Source: Candidatus Delongbacteria bacterium (GTDB taxonomy: Bacteria; UBA4055). From it: 41,617 nt of DNA. Location: positions 1-41,617 of the forward strand of contig JAFGVM010000053.1 in the NCBI GenBank assembly GCA_016937995.1. The letters run 5' to 3'. Under the pieces are notes generated by a model, which was not told where the DNA came from, did not search any database, and saw nothing but the letters and a program-made list of their open reading frames with translations. Shown here one piece after another: positions 27,529 through 37,003 of the stretch. The translations under genes and the position numbers were made by a program. How positions within the stretch are numbered: position 1 is the stretch's first letter; every line of letters starts with the position of its first letter.

Positions 27529-29040
27529 ATGAAAAAGGGTTTTGACAACGAAAAATATCTGGAAGAGCAAACACAGGAAATTTTTCAAAGAGTAAACAAA
27601 TTCAACGATAAATTATATCTGGAATTCGGTGGAAAATTATTGTTTGATTACCATGCATCAAGAGTCCTTCCAGGGTTTGATCCAAACGTAAAAATGAGGT
27701 TATTGCAAAAACTTGCGGATAAAATTGATGTTATTATGTGTATCTATGCCGGAGATATCGAAAGAAAGAAGATCAGAGCTGATTTTGGTATTACTTATGA
27801 AAGAGATGCAATGAAAACGATCGATGATTTTAAATCCTGGGGAATAAATATTAATTCTGTTGTCATTACAAGATATGAAGAGCAACCGTCTGCAAGAGCT
27901 TTTAAAACAAAGCTGGAAAGAAGGGGTGTTAAAGTTTACACACATCAGTTCACAAAAGGTTACCCAACAGATGTTGATCTAATTGTAAGTGATGAAGGTT
28001 ACGGTGCTAATCCTTTTATAGAAACATCTAAACCTATAGTGATAGTTACCGGACCCGGACCTGGAAGCGGGAAATTAGCTACATGCTTGTCTCAGTTGTA
28101 CCATGAATATAAGAGAGGAGTAAATGCCGGATATGCAAAGTTTGAAACATTCCCTATCTGGAATTTACCATTGAAGCATAAAGTCAATATTGCTTACGAA
28201 GCAGCAACAGTTGACCTCAAGGATGTTAATCTTATAGATCATCACCATCTGGAAGCTTACAATGAAAAAACTGTAAATTACAATAGAGATATTGATGCAT
28301 TTCCTCTGCTGAGAAGAATACTTGAAAAGATCACCGGTAAAGAAGCATTTTATAAATCTCCAACAGATATGGGTGTGAACAGAGCAGGAAGCGGTATATT
28401 TGATGATGAAGCTACACAATATGCATCACATCATGAAATTATTAGAAGATATTTAAGATCAGCATGTGAGTATGCGTTAGGAGTTATAGATAAGGATACT
28501 TTAGAAAGATCAATGCTTATTATGAATAATATTGGAGCAAAAGTTGAGGATAGAAAGGTTCTTGTAGAGGCAAGGAAAGCAGCTAAAGAAGCAGAAGAAA
28601 CCGGAAAAGGGAAAGACGGTATATTCTCAGGTGCTGCTATTGAACTGGATGACGGAACCATAATCACCGGTAAAAATTCAAGACTGATGCATGCATCCTC
28701 CAGTTTGGTAATAAATGCCTTGAAGCATCTAGCAGGAATACCTGATAATATTCATTTGATACCCGAAAATGTAATTGATTCTATTTCATATTTGAAGAAA
28801 GATCTACTCCATGGTAAAGAAGTCAGTTTAGACCTTGAAGAAACTTTGATCGCACTGACAGTAAGTACTACAAATAATCCATCTGCTCAAACAGCGATAA
28901 AATATCTTAACGAACTTACACGTTGTGAAGTTCATTTGACACATATTCCGTCACCTGGTGATGAAATTGGTATGAGAAAACTGGGAGTTCATCTTACTTC
29001 GGATCCTATATTTGCAACAAAGGACCTATTCAACGGTTAA
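27529..29040 (+). CDS. DUF1846 (UPF0371) family protein
   Basis: [42 protein letters not shown] and [10 protein letters not shown] motifs; AGGAG RBS before ATG 27529. Confidence 0.92.
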   Translation: MKKGFDNEKYLEEQTQEIFQRVNKFNDKLYLEFGGKLLFDYHASRVLPGFDPNVKMRLLQKLADKIDVIMCIYAGDIERKKIRADFGITYERDAMKTIDDFKSWGININSVVITRYEEQPSARAFKTKLERRGVKVYTHQFTKGYPTDVDLIVSDEGYGANPFIETSKPIVIVTGPGPGSGKLATCLSQLYHEYKRGVNAGYAKFETFPIWNLPLKHKVNIAYEAATVDLKDVNLIDHHHLEAYNEKTVNYNRDIDAFPLLRRILEKITGKEAFYKSPTDMGVNRAGSGIFDDEATQYASHHEIIRRYLRSACEYALGVIDKDTLERSMLIMNNIGAKVEDRKVLVEARKAAKEAEETGKGKDGIFSGAAIELDDGTIITGKNSRLMHASSSLVINALKHLAGIPDNIHLIPENVIDSISYLKKDLLHGKEVSLDLEETLIALTVSTTNNPSAQTAIKYLNELTRCEVHLTHIPSPGDEIGMRKLGVHLTSDPIFATKDLFNG

Positions 29041-29074
29041 AATGTTAAAATTTGTGAATTGCTTCTTAACAATT

Positions 29075-29965
29075 CTAATATTCCTTGAAATTCTTTGTTT
29101 TCCTACTTTTTAAATTATTGAGAGAGTCGGATAGTTCCTGCATGAATTTAAATATTCGTGGTCCGGGTATAGTTGTGTAATCTGAAGTAAAAAGATACAC
29201 TCTGTTATTTTTTACTGCGGATAATGAATGTAATGAATTCCATGATCTAACAGCTGTTTCAATATCATTTTTATTTTTAAGTGTTAATAGATCAAGAATG
29301 ATATACGGATCAAGACTTATTATTGTCTCAGCATTTATTTTAGGATAAGGTATATCAGTATCAATAGCATTTTCATAGCCCAGCAATGTAATAATATCAT
29401 CAAGAAATGTATTTTTGCCTGTTGTATAAACCGAATTGATCTCACCGGTTAAGTCCCTGCCGACACATATCAGCATTGTTTTATTAAATTTGACAGTTGA
29501 TCTCAAACTATCGATTATTCCAGAAAGAGAATCAGTGATCACTTCAGCCCTGGAATAAATTTTTAACTCTTCAGCGATCGTTTTAAATGAAGCTATGATC
29601 TTTGAGATAGATCTCTGATCAACTATGATGCATCTTATCCCAATTTTTGTTAATTGATCGTGAAATTTTGTCTGTGAAGGTAGAATAAATGCTACATCAG
29701 GATCTAATTTTAGAATTAGTTCAAGATTCAGATCAGAAATACTTGATACGACCTGAATGTTCTTTGCTCTTTCAGGATAGTTGGAATATTCCCCGACACC
29801 GATAATATTATCTGTAGTATTTAACATGAACAATGTTTCAGTTATATTAGGTGCCAAAGAAATTATTTTAAGCATATGATCATTGGACTGATCTGATCCT
29901 TTTTTTTGACATGAGATAAAAAACAAAGCTGCCATCACGACTATTATAGTATAAAATACTTTCAT
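29075..29965 (-). CDS. BtuF-like helical-backbone ABC substrate-binding lipoprotein (cobalamin/iron complex)
   Basis: Lipobox FIS-C; IISLAPNITETLF, ELILKLDPD, AVKNNRVY and PGPR motifs. Confidence 0.85.
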   Translation of the reverse strand: MKVFYTIIVVMAALFFISCQKKGSDQSNDHMLKIISLAPNITETLFMLNTTDNIIGVGEYSNYPERAKNIQVVSSISDLNLELILKLDPDVAFILPSQTKFHDQLTKIGIRCIIVDQRSISKIIASFKTIAEELKIYSRAEVITDSLSGIIDSLRSTVKFNKTMLICVGRDLTGEINSVYTTGKNTFLDDIITLLGYENAIDTDIPYPKINAETIISLDPYIILDLLTLKNKNDIETAVRSWNSLHSLSAVKNNRVYLFTSDYTTIPGPRIFKFMQELSDSLNNLKSRKTKNFKEY

Positions 29966-30121
29966 TATTATCCTTCATTTATAGATGCTACAATTAAAAC
30001 AAAATGCAAAAATAAGATATAAAAATATTGCTTAATAGTAAATTATTATTTAAAATATAATGTTTGTTATTTCGAGAACAATAAATACTGATAACTCAAA
30101 TACATTAAAGAGGTACATATA

Positions 30122-30697
30122 ATGAGAGATGTATATATAACCATTCTTCACGATGCTTCAGTATTTCATGAAGAGATATTAATAGGAGTAAATACTCATA
30201 TCAACTATGAGGATAGTAAATTTCATTTTAAGCACATGGTGATAAAAAATCAGTTATTGAAACAAATAGCCTCCTATGAAAAGAACGAAGAAACTTATCC
30301 ATTGGCTATGAAAATGAAATCTAATATGGCGGATGTTCTTTATTGCCATAAAGAGGGTATAATTGATTTTGAAGAAGTTCATGCAAACAAAGATTCTACA
30401 AATGTTCAATATGACAATAAACTGGTCAGTATCGGATATAATTTGATAAGAAAAGAGAAGGTTGACATTGTTTTTATTGCTACAAAATTCGGCGTGATCA
30501 AATATAACGTTAACACAATTGCGTTAGAGAACAATTTAAACTTTACTACTGTTTCATCCCAGCTTGAATACAGAAACAAACTCGACAGATTCCTTGCAAA
30601 ACTTAATGATGATTACACTAAGCATCATAAAATAAGAGTTAAAATCGCAAATGAAATAAAAGTACGTGAAGATATGTTCAAATTACCACATGAATAA
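30122..30697 (+). CDS. Hypothetical protein
   Basis: 191-aa ORF with GAGG RBS; no family recognised. Confidence 0.7.
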   Translation: MRDVYITILHDASVFHEEILIGVNTHINYEDSKFHFKHMVIKNQLLKQIASYEKNEETYPLAMKMKSNMADVLYCHKEGIIDFEEVHANKDSTNVQYDNKLVSIGYNLIRKEKVDIVFIATKFGVIKYNVNTIALENNLNFTTVSSQLEYRNKLDRFLAKLNDDYTKHHKIRVKIANEIKVREDMFKLPHE

Positions 30698-30701
30698 ATA
30701 A

Positions 30702-31703
30702 TTAATTTTTTCTGTTACCCAGGATAAAAACAGCTTTATCCATGGCATTTTTGAAACTTTTGATATCCACTATTCCTTTTCCTGCTATATCATAAGCTGT
30801 ACCGTGATCGGGTGAGGTTCTAACAAGAGATAATCCAGCTGTAAAATTAACTGCATTTCCAAATGATAATAATTTTAATGGTATCAGTCCCTGATCGTGA
30901 TACATTACAAGATATGCATCCGTTCTATCTACATTATTTTTTGTAAAAGCTGTATCAGACGGTATTGGTCCTATAAACTTTCCTTTCTCAATATTCTTAT
31001 TCAATCTTTCCACCCCAGGTTCAATAATGTCTTTTTCTTCAGTTCCGAACAATCCATTATCAGAAGCATGGGGATTTAATGAGCAAACTACTATCTTTGG
31101 GTATTCTATGTTATAGTCTTCTACCAGAGTTTTATATAAGATCATACCTTTATTTATAATTTTTTCCTGAGTAATATTATTTGAAACATCTGATATTGCA
31201 AGGTGGGTTGTAACCAAAGCAACTCTGATGATATCACCGTCAAGTATCATTAAAAAATCGTTTTCATTTAGTAACTCAGCAATAAATTCAGTATGTCCGG
31301 GATAATCATAGCCTCCTAGATGAAGCGAATATTTATTTATCGGTGCAGTAACCAAAGCACCCTTGAAGTGAGCAGCTATTTCAACACCTTTGATAATAGC
31401 CATCCCTGATAATTTTCCGGCTTTTGGTTCTGCTTTACCAAGATCGAGTTCTAATCCTGGAATATCAATATTGAAAAAATTAATTACATTAGTTTTGTAT
31501 CCAGAAGCGTCATACATATCTGAAATATCATTAATCTGAGGACAGGAAATGCTTAGCAGTTCAGCTGTTTTAGTAAAAATATCTTTATTTCCAATGACAG
31601 TATAAATGTAATCAGTTCTTAAGAAATCATCAGTTAGTGTCTTTAGGATAAGTTCGTTACCCACACCGTTGATATCACCACAAGTTATGAAAATATGATC
31701 CAT
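30702..31703 (-). CDS. pdxA: 4-hydroxythreonine-4-phosphate dehydrogenase
   Basis: ITCGDINGVG, VTAPINK, GHTEF, LNPHA, MYHDQGLIPLK and RTSPDHGTAYDIAGKG motifs. Confidence 0.96.
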   Translation of the reverse strand: MDHIFITCGDINGVGNELILKTLTDDFLRTDYIYTVIGNKDIFTKTAELLSISCPQINDISDMYDASGYKTNVINFFNIDIPGLELDLGKAEPKAGKLSGMAIIKGVEIAAHFKGALVTAPINKYSLHLGGYDYPGHTEFIAELLNENDFLMILDGDIIRVALVTTHLAISDVSNNITQEKIINKGMILYKTLVEDYNIEYPKIVVCSLNPHASDNGLFGTEEKDIIEPGVERLNKNIEKGKFIGPIPSDTAFTKNNVDRTDAYLVMYHDQGLIPLKLLSFGNAVNFTAGLSLVRTSPDHGTAYDIAGKGIVDIKSFKNAMDKAVFILGNRKN

Positions 31704-31772
31704 AATATAAGACCCTTTAATTTAAATTGAATAAAATTACTATTATTTCAAAAGAAATAAAACAATAAAAAA

Positions 31773-31866
31773 TGCCAGGATCCCTGCAACACATAACATT
31801 TCCGGTATGGCTGCTACCGCTAGGTCCTGACCCGTTCACAGATCAGTTATTGTGCAGGTCCTGGCA
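31773..31866 (-). ncRNA. ffs: Signal recognition particle RNA (4.5S, small type)
   Basis: Minus strand TGCCAGGA...GGGTCAGGACC-TAGC-GGTAGCAGC...TCCTGGCA: paired ends plus the helix-8 motif, followed by a T tract and preceded by a promoter. Confidence 0.92.
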
Positions 31867-31872
31867 AGTGCG

Positions 31873-31901
31873 AAATTAAGGTAATTTTATTTCTTTGTCA
31901 A
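31873..31901 (-). promoter_or_regulatory. sigma70-type promoter of ffs
   Basis: Minus strand TTGACA (31901-31896), 17 bp spacer, TAATTT (31878-31873), 6 nt before the RNA 5' stem. Confidence 0.75.
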
Positions 31902-31909
31902 GAAATTAA

Positions 31910-31979
31910 TAGGGACTAGGGTCAAGAAGTTAGGGATAAGTAACGCTCTAACCCCTAAAACCCTAGTCTCTAATCCCTG
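31910..31979. repeat. Inverted arrays of ~7-nt units (TAGGGAC-like)
   Basis: TAGGGAC TAGGGGT CAAGAAGT TAGGGAT facing CTCTAAC CCCTAAA ACCCTAG TCTCTAA TCCCT. Confidence 0.55.
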
Positions 31980-31998
31980 AAAAAGTCAGAGACTTTTT

Positions 31999-33195
31999 TT
32001 ACTTCGATAATTTATAAGTTTCTTCAGCGATTACAAGTTCTTCATTTGTTGGGATTACAACTACATTTACTTTAGAATCTGAGTGTGTTATGTTAATTTC
32101 GATCTCACGTTTCTGATGGTTCATATCCTCATCAATCTTCAAGCCGATATAGTCGAATCCTTTACAAACATCGCTACGAACATCCCAGTCATTCTCACCA
32201 ATTCCACCAGTGAAAATAAGTGCATCTATACCATTCATTACTGCTGTATAAGATCCTATATATTTCCTAACTCTATAAATAAACATGTCATAAGCTAATT
32301 TTGCACGGTCTCCGCCCTTAGCTATTGCAGAATGGATATCTCTCATATCTGATGAAATTCCTGAAATTCCAAGTAATCCACTTTGCTTGTTTATCATAGT
32401 ATTTAGATCAGAAAGGTTGATTTCCTCTGTATTCATAATGTGTATTAATGCTCCCGCATCAATATCACCGATCCTTGTTCCCATCATAAGTCCTTCAACC
32501 GGTGTCATTCCCATGGATGTATCAACAGATTTACCATCCTTAATAGCAGCGATAGATGCCCCATTTCCCAAATGACAGGTGATTACTTTCGAATTATTTT
32601 TATCAATTCCTAACATTTCATAAGCTCTGTTAGAAACGAAATAGTGGCTTGTTCCGTGAAAACCGTACCTTCTAACCTGATCTTTTACATAGATGGAATA
32701 TGGCAACGGGTACATATATGAATAAGCAGGGATCGACTGATGAAAAGCAGTATCAAAAACAGCGACCTGAGGAACATCCGGTAGTACTTGTTTTGCCGAA
32801 ATTATTCCTTTCAGGTTCTGAGGATTATGTAATGGTGCAAGATTGTTCAGATCTTCAATTTTTTTAATTATATCATCGGTTAGAAGAATATGATCTCTGA
32901 ATTTTTCACCACCGTGGACAACCCTGTGGCCGACAGCATTGATCTCATCATACGAATCAAGAGCACCGAATTCAGGATTTATTATGAGCCTTAATATCTC
33001 TTCAATACCTTTCTGGTGATCAGATATATCTTTATCAATTCTTATTTTTATACCCTTGTTGTTTTTCTGCTGCATGTATGTCCCAAGGAGACCAATTTTC
33101 TGTACATCACCCTTCACCATGCATTTTTTTTGTACCATGTCGAAAAGCTGATACTTTATAGATGAACTTCCACAATTCAAGACTAATATTTTCAT
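31999..33195 (-). CDS. ackA: Acetate kinase
   Basis: LVLNCGSSSIKY, GHRVVHGG, LAPLHNP, VFDTAFH, RYGFHGTSH, HLGNGAS, FTGGIGEN and PTNEEL motifs. Confidence 0.97.
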   Translation of the reverse strand: MKILVLNCGSSSIKYQLFDMVQKKCMVKGDVQKIGLLGTYMQQKNNKGIKIRIDKDISDHQKGIEEILRLIINPEFGALDSYDEINAVGHRVVHGGEKFRDHILLTDDIIKKIEDLNNLAPLHNPQNLKGIISAKQVLPDVPQVAVFDTAFHQSIPAYSYMYPLPYSIYVKDQVRRYGFHGTSHYFVSNRAYEMLGIDKNNSKVITCHLGNGASIAAIKDGKSVDTSMGMTPVEGLMMGTRIGDIDAGALIHIMNTEEINLSDLNTMINKQSGLLGISGISSDMRDIHSAIAKGGDRAKLAYDMFIYRVRKYIGSYTAVMNGIDALIFTGGIGENDWDVRSDVCKGFDYIGLKIDEDMNHQKREIEINITHSDSKVNVVVIPTNEELVIAEETYKLSK

Positions 33196-33258
33196 ATGAC
33201 TTCCTTATTTTTCTATCATCCTTCCCGATATATCAGGAGGATTCCATTTATAAGAGAA

Positions 33259-33283
33259 GGGACGACTATAAGGCGTCCCATAC
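33259..33283 (-). repeat. REP-like palindrome
   Basis: Minus strand GTATGGGACG-CCTTATAGT-CGTCCC just after the GT9 stop. Confidence 0.6.
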
Positions 33284-33288
33284 ATTAT

Positions 33289-34344
33289 TTATTTTATCGA
33301 TTTCATGATCATTTCATAAACCTCATCTATTGTGATATCTTTAAGGCATTTGTACTTTTCTGTTTGGTTACATATCAAAGGTATCCTTGAATATTCATAA
33401 CATGGGATACAACTGTGACCTTTTTTTACTACAATATGCTCTGCTTTATATGGTTCAGTATATGTTGAGTTGGTCGGGCCAAAGATATTTACAGACGGGA
33501 TCTGTAATGCAGCAGCGGTGTGCATTAAACCAGTGTCACCACTGATAAAGCATTTACATTTATTTATCAATGCACAGGATTTTAAGAAATTTGTACCTTT
33601 TATTACAGTTGTATTATCTGGAGAGAAGTCTTTAATTTTATCATTCAGTTCATATTCGGTCTTTCCTCCGAATATCAGAAAGTGGAACTTTTCAGAAGAG
33701 AATTTTTTCAGTAAATATCCGTAATTTTCATACGCCCAGCGTTTTTTTATCATATTTTTAAATACATCACTACCTGCATGAATTCCAATTATGATCTTTT
33801 CGCTTAATGAATTATCTGCTATAAATTCATCTGCAAACGTCAAAGAATCTTCATCAATAGATATTTTCATCGGAGATGTTCTTTCAAGTTCTTTATTCAA
33901 TGCATATTCAAATAGCTTATAGTTATTCTCAACTGCATGAACATTTCTGTCTTCAACTAATCTGTTTTGAGATAAAAAATATAAATCCGGAAAAGTTCTT
34001 TCATGATATTCAAAGGAATATCTCTGTTTTGCTCCGAGAAGAAAGTGTACTATTTGGTATTTAAAGTGATTTGAAGGGAAAACCAGTATTGAAATATCGT
34101 ATTTTTCTTTTCTGATTTTCAAGACTTCTGAGAAACTACTAAAAGTTCCTTTGTTTAAAAAATCAATGAAATGAATTTTATTAAATAATTTATTTACAGC
34201 TAAAATATCTCTGATCGGAGAGCTCATTGACAAAGCATAGAATTCATACTCATCTTTGAACTGCTTAAGACTTTCCAGAACAGGTGTTACCATCAAAGAG
34301 TCACCGATCCCCACTGTGAAAAATATTAAACATTTCTTTTTCAT
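33289..34344 (-). CDS. Glycosyltransferase family 9 (heptosyltransferase-like)
   Basis: GIGDSLMVTP, HAG...KRW and DTGLMHTAAAL...IFGPT motifs, plus a C..C...C...C tail. Start placed at ATG 34344. Confidence 0.9.
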   Translation of the reverse strand: MKKKCLIFFTVGIGDSLMVTPVLESLKQFKDEYEFYALSMSSPIRDILAVNKLFNKIHFIDFLNKGTFSSFSEVLKIRKEKYDISILVFPSNHFKYQIVHFLLGAKQRYSFEYHERTFPDLYFLSQNRLVEDRNVHAVENNYKLFEYALNKELERTSPMKISIDEDSLTFADEFIADNSLSEKIIIGIHAGSDVFKNMIKKRWAYENYGYLLKKFSSEKFHFLIFGGKTEYELNDKIKDFSPDNTTVIKGTNFLKSCALINKCKCFISGDTGLMHTAAALQIPSVNIFGPTNSTYTEPYKAEHIVVKKGHSCIPCYEYSRIPLICNQTEKYKCLKDITIDEVYEMIMKSIK

Positions 34345-34415
34345 TGAGCTGTTACACCTGCAATTATTATAGAGAATTAATGTATATAAGGTATTATGTA
34401 TAGTCAATTATTTAA

Positions 34416-34445
34416 TTTAGAATTTAGAAGTTAGAATTCAGAAGT
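34416..34445. repeat. Short heptamer tandem repeat
   Basis: (TTAGAAT)(TTAGAAG)(TTAGAAT)(TCAGAAG) in a divergent intergenic region. Confidence 0.5.
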
Positions 34446-34547
34446 GGTTAATTGGGAGTTCGAACAAAATATTTCAGTTGCTAAATAACCCTAATATATT
34501 TAATTTCAAAGGGTATATTAATATCAAAGTAAACTTTTAAGGAAACT

Positions 34548-36017
34548 ATGAAAAATAACTTTATTTTTTTGATTACGGCATTACTATTATTATCCTCGTG
34601 CATCAGCACGGTAAAAAAGTCTGAGCCAACAAGGAACGAGATAGATAATATTGATATTTACCTCACCGCAGATGAGCTTATTATTGAAGAAGAGCTTCGG
34701 GATGAGAGAATCGTAGAGATCTACAAGGATGAAATTCAGGATAATTGCGAGAGAAAATTCTTTGAGGTCTTAAATTATTATGAGAATGGTGATTATGATA
34801 TCTCAAAAGTTGTTTTCAGTAATATTCTGGAAAATCTTGAATATCTTTATGGAGATAAAAAGGTATCCGACAAGGTTATGCTTCAGGAATTCTGGGATAA
34901 ATTTGCAGATGAAAAAATTAAAAGTTCAGCGATTAACATCTTTAGTATTTATGAGTCTTTGTTTTCAGAGGAAAGTAACCTTGCAGACAGTAACGGTAAC
35001 GGACATAAAGAACTTGTAATTGAAAAAGCATCAGAAACTGTCCCTGTCAAACAGAATAATAAATCATATGTTTACCTTGAAGAAAAAGCCAATGAAATTT
35101 TATCTAAGTACAAGATCAAACCAAAAAAAGATTTTATTATAGATGTTTATGAATCCTATAATGAATATCTTACGGATAAAGTAGGTACCAGAGAGATCTA
35201 TATGAGATCTTTGAACTATAAGAATTTTATAAGTAAACAACTCTCAAAAGAAAATCTTGACGAAATATTATTTTATGTACCCGCAATAATGACCTCATAC
35301 TACAATGGTAGAAACAACGGAGGTATCTGGAGGGTGGAAAATTTGAAAATATATCGCAAGATAAGGGATGATGTAGGTGCTTCCACAGCGTTAGTAATTA
35401 AAAATGTTAAAAAATTACATACCAAGAGCTCAATTTTACAAATAATTGCAACCATCTTAAGCGAAGGCAAGTATGGTTTAAGTGATAATGAGATCTTGAA
35501 GGATATTTATACCGAAGATATGGCTGATTTTCTAGCAATGGTAGTAATACTTTCCAATCCTAAAGACCATGGTTTAAAAGATTCTCCTATCGATAGTAAC
35601 AAAGAAAAAGATTATTTTGCATCCTATGATAAGTATTTAAAGGATCCTAATAAATATGTAAGTTCACAAAAGAGCAGCTCAAATTCGTCAAGTTCAAATT
35701 ATTCAAAATCATACATCCGGATCAAGTATAAGGTAAGGAAAAATGATAATTTAGATAGGATAGCTAAGCTATTCAAAGTCACAATATCTGACATAAAGAA
35801 ATGGAATCCAAGATCAACAAGTAGAAAATATTTATATCCTGGAACAGAGATCTATCTCAGGGGATATAATTTTGAATATTACAAAGCTCGAAATGGTGAT
35901 TCAATTGATAGAATATGTAAGAAATTTAAAATGAAGAAAGATGATTTCAAAAAGATCAATAATCTATCAAAAAATACGATCTACAAAGGTAGGAGATATA
36001 TAGTAAGGAAAAGATAA
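34548..36017 (+). CDS. LysM-domain lipoprotein with a degenerate MltD-like transglycosylase region
   Basis: Lipobox LSS-C; two C-terminal LysM domains (YKVRKNDNLDRIAK..., YKARNGDSIDRICKKF...); central SLT-like segment. Confidence 0.8.
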   Translation: MKNNFIFLITALLLLSSCISTVKKSEPTRNEIDNIDIYLTADELIIEEELRDERIVEIYKDEIQDNCERKFFEVLNYYENGDYDISKVVFSNILENLEYLYGDKKVSDKVMLQEFWDKFADEKIKSSAINIFSIYESLFSEESNLADSNGNGHKELVIEKASETVPVKQNNKSYVYLEEKANEILSKYKIKPKKDFIIDVYESYNEYLTDKVGTREIYMRSLNYKNFISKQLSKENLDEILFYVPAIMTSYYNGRNNGGIWRVENLKIYRKIRDDVGASTALVIKNVKKLHTKSSILQIIATILSEGKYGLSDNEILKDIYTEDMADFLAMVVILSNPKDHGLKDSPIDSNKEKDYFASYDKYLKDPNKYVSSQKSSSNSSSSNYSKSYIRIKYKVRKNDNLDRIAKLFKVTISDIKKWNPRSTSRKYLYPGTEIYLRGYNFEYYKARNGDSIDRICKKFKMKKDDFKKINNLSKNTIYKGRRYIVRKR

Positions 36018-36022
36018 ATATC

Positions 36023-36147
36023 TCCCGATAAATCGGGACAGGCATAACAGGGAATTTCCAAGGTTCAAGGTTTCCGTAGGGACGTTGATTTATCACGTCT
36101 CATAAATACAAAGAAAATGGATCCCCGGATCAAGTCCGAGGATGACA
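36023..36147 (+). repeat. Mosaic of short palindromic repeats
   Basis: TCCCGAT-AA-ATCGGGA (36023-36038), REP-like GTAGGGACGTTGATTTATCACGTCTC (36076-36101) and TGGATCCCCGGATCAAGTCCGAGGATGACA (36118-36147). Confidence 0.65.
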
Positions 36148-36166
36148 AATGTAAAAGGATTAGATT

Positions 36167-36886
36167 TTGTTAAAGAAAAAAGAAAATAATAGAGCAGGTT
36201 TGATCGTTCTGATCGATCCGGATAAGATAAAATTTGAAGATATCAAAGAAAAGATATCTATATATGAAGAGCAGGGAACTGATACTTTTTTCTTCGGGAG
36301 CAGTCAACCTGTTGAAAATGATATTCATTCCATAGCTCAGGAGATAAGAGACAATACTTCTGTTCCTTTGATATTGTTTCCGGGATCATCAAAACAAGTC
36401 ACTCCAAATGCTGATGGTATTCTTTTCATTACTTTGATAAGCGGACGGAATCCTGATTATCTGATAGAGCATCATGTGAGAGCGGCACCTTTCGTAAAAA
36501 AGATGGGTCTTGAAGTACTACCCACAGGATATATACTTATAGAGTGTGGCTATAGAACATCAGTGGAAAGGGTCAGTAAAACACAGCCTTTATCTTCGTC
36601 CAACATTGAAAATATTGTAGCACATGCTCTTGCTGGTGAGATGATAGGTATGAAATATATCTATCTTGAAGCAGGCAGTGGTGCATTAAATCCGGTTTCT
36701 CCTGAAATTATCTCAGCCGTTAAGTCTCAGATAAGTGTTCCATTGATCGTCGGTGGAGGTATAAGAACACCTGAATATGCAAAAAAGCTGGTAGATGCAG
36801 GAGCTGATTATATAGTGATCGGCAATGTTCTTGAGAAATCGGATGATAAAGATATTGTCCGCAAATTTGCGGAAAGTGTAATGTAG
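36167..36886 (+). CDS. Geranylgeranylglyceryl-phosphate synthase (GGGPS/PcrB family, group II-like)
   Basis: LIDPDK, ILFPGS, LISGRNPDYLI, PTGYILI, YLEAGSGA and VGGGIR motifs; TTG start with AAGGA RBS. Confidence 0.92.
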   Translation: MLKKKENNRAGLIVLIDPDKIKFEDIKEKISIYEEQGTDTFFFGSSQPVENDIHSIAQEIRDNTSVPLILFPGSSKQVTPNADGILFITLISGRNPDYLIEHHVRAAPFVKKMGLEVLPTGYILIECGYRTSVERVSKTQPLSSSNIENIVAHALAGEMIGMKYIYLEAGSGALNPVSPEIISAVKSQISVPLIVGGGIRTPEYAKKLVDAGADYIVIGNVLEKSDDKDIVRKFAESVM

Positions 36887-36907
36887 AGACGCAACACTTT
36901 GCGTCTC
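36883..36907 (+). repeat. REP-like palindrome overlapping a stop codon
   Basis: GTAGAGACGCAA-CACT-TTGCGTCTC; the TAG within GTAG is the GGGPS stop. Confidence 0.7.
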
Positions 36908-36964
36908 ACAACACACAAAGAAAAAACATTTACAGGAAGAAAAGAAGATAAGGAAGTTGTATTC

Positions 36965-36990
36965 GTAGGGTAAGGCTTCCACGTCTTCCC
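36965..36990 (+). repeat. Degenerate REP-like palindrome
   Basis: GTAGGGTAAGGC-TTCCAC-GTCTTCCC. Confidence 0.5.
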
Positions 36991-37003
36991 GCACTAGGGA
37001 ATT

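Noticed and set aside
29966-30121. Cobalamin riboswitch upstream of the BtuF-like gene
   Set aside because: The gap is short and extremely AT-rich, with no B12-box or GGGAA core visible.
33196-33390. 64-aa plus-strand ORF between ackA and GT9
   Set aside because: It spans hairpin/REP sequence and overlaps the GT9 3' end antisense, with no RBS.
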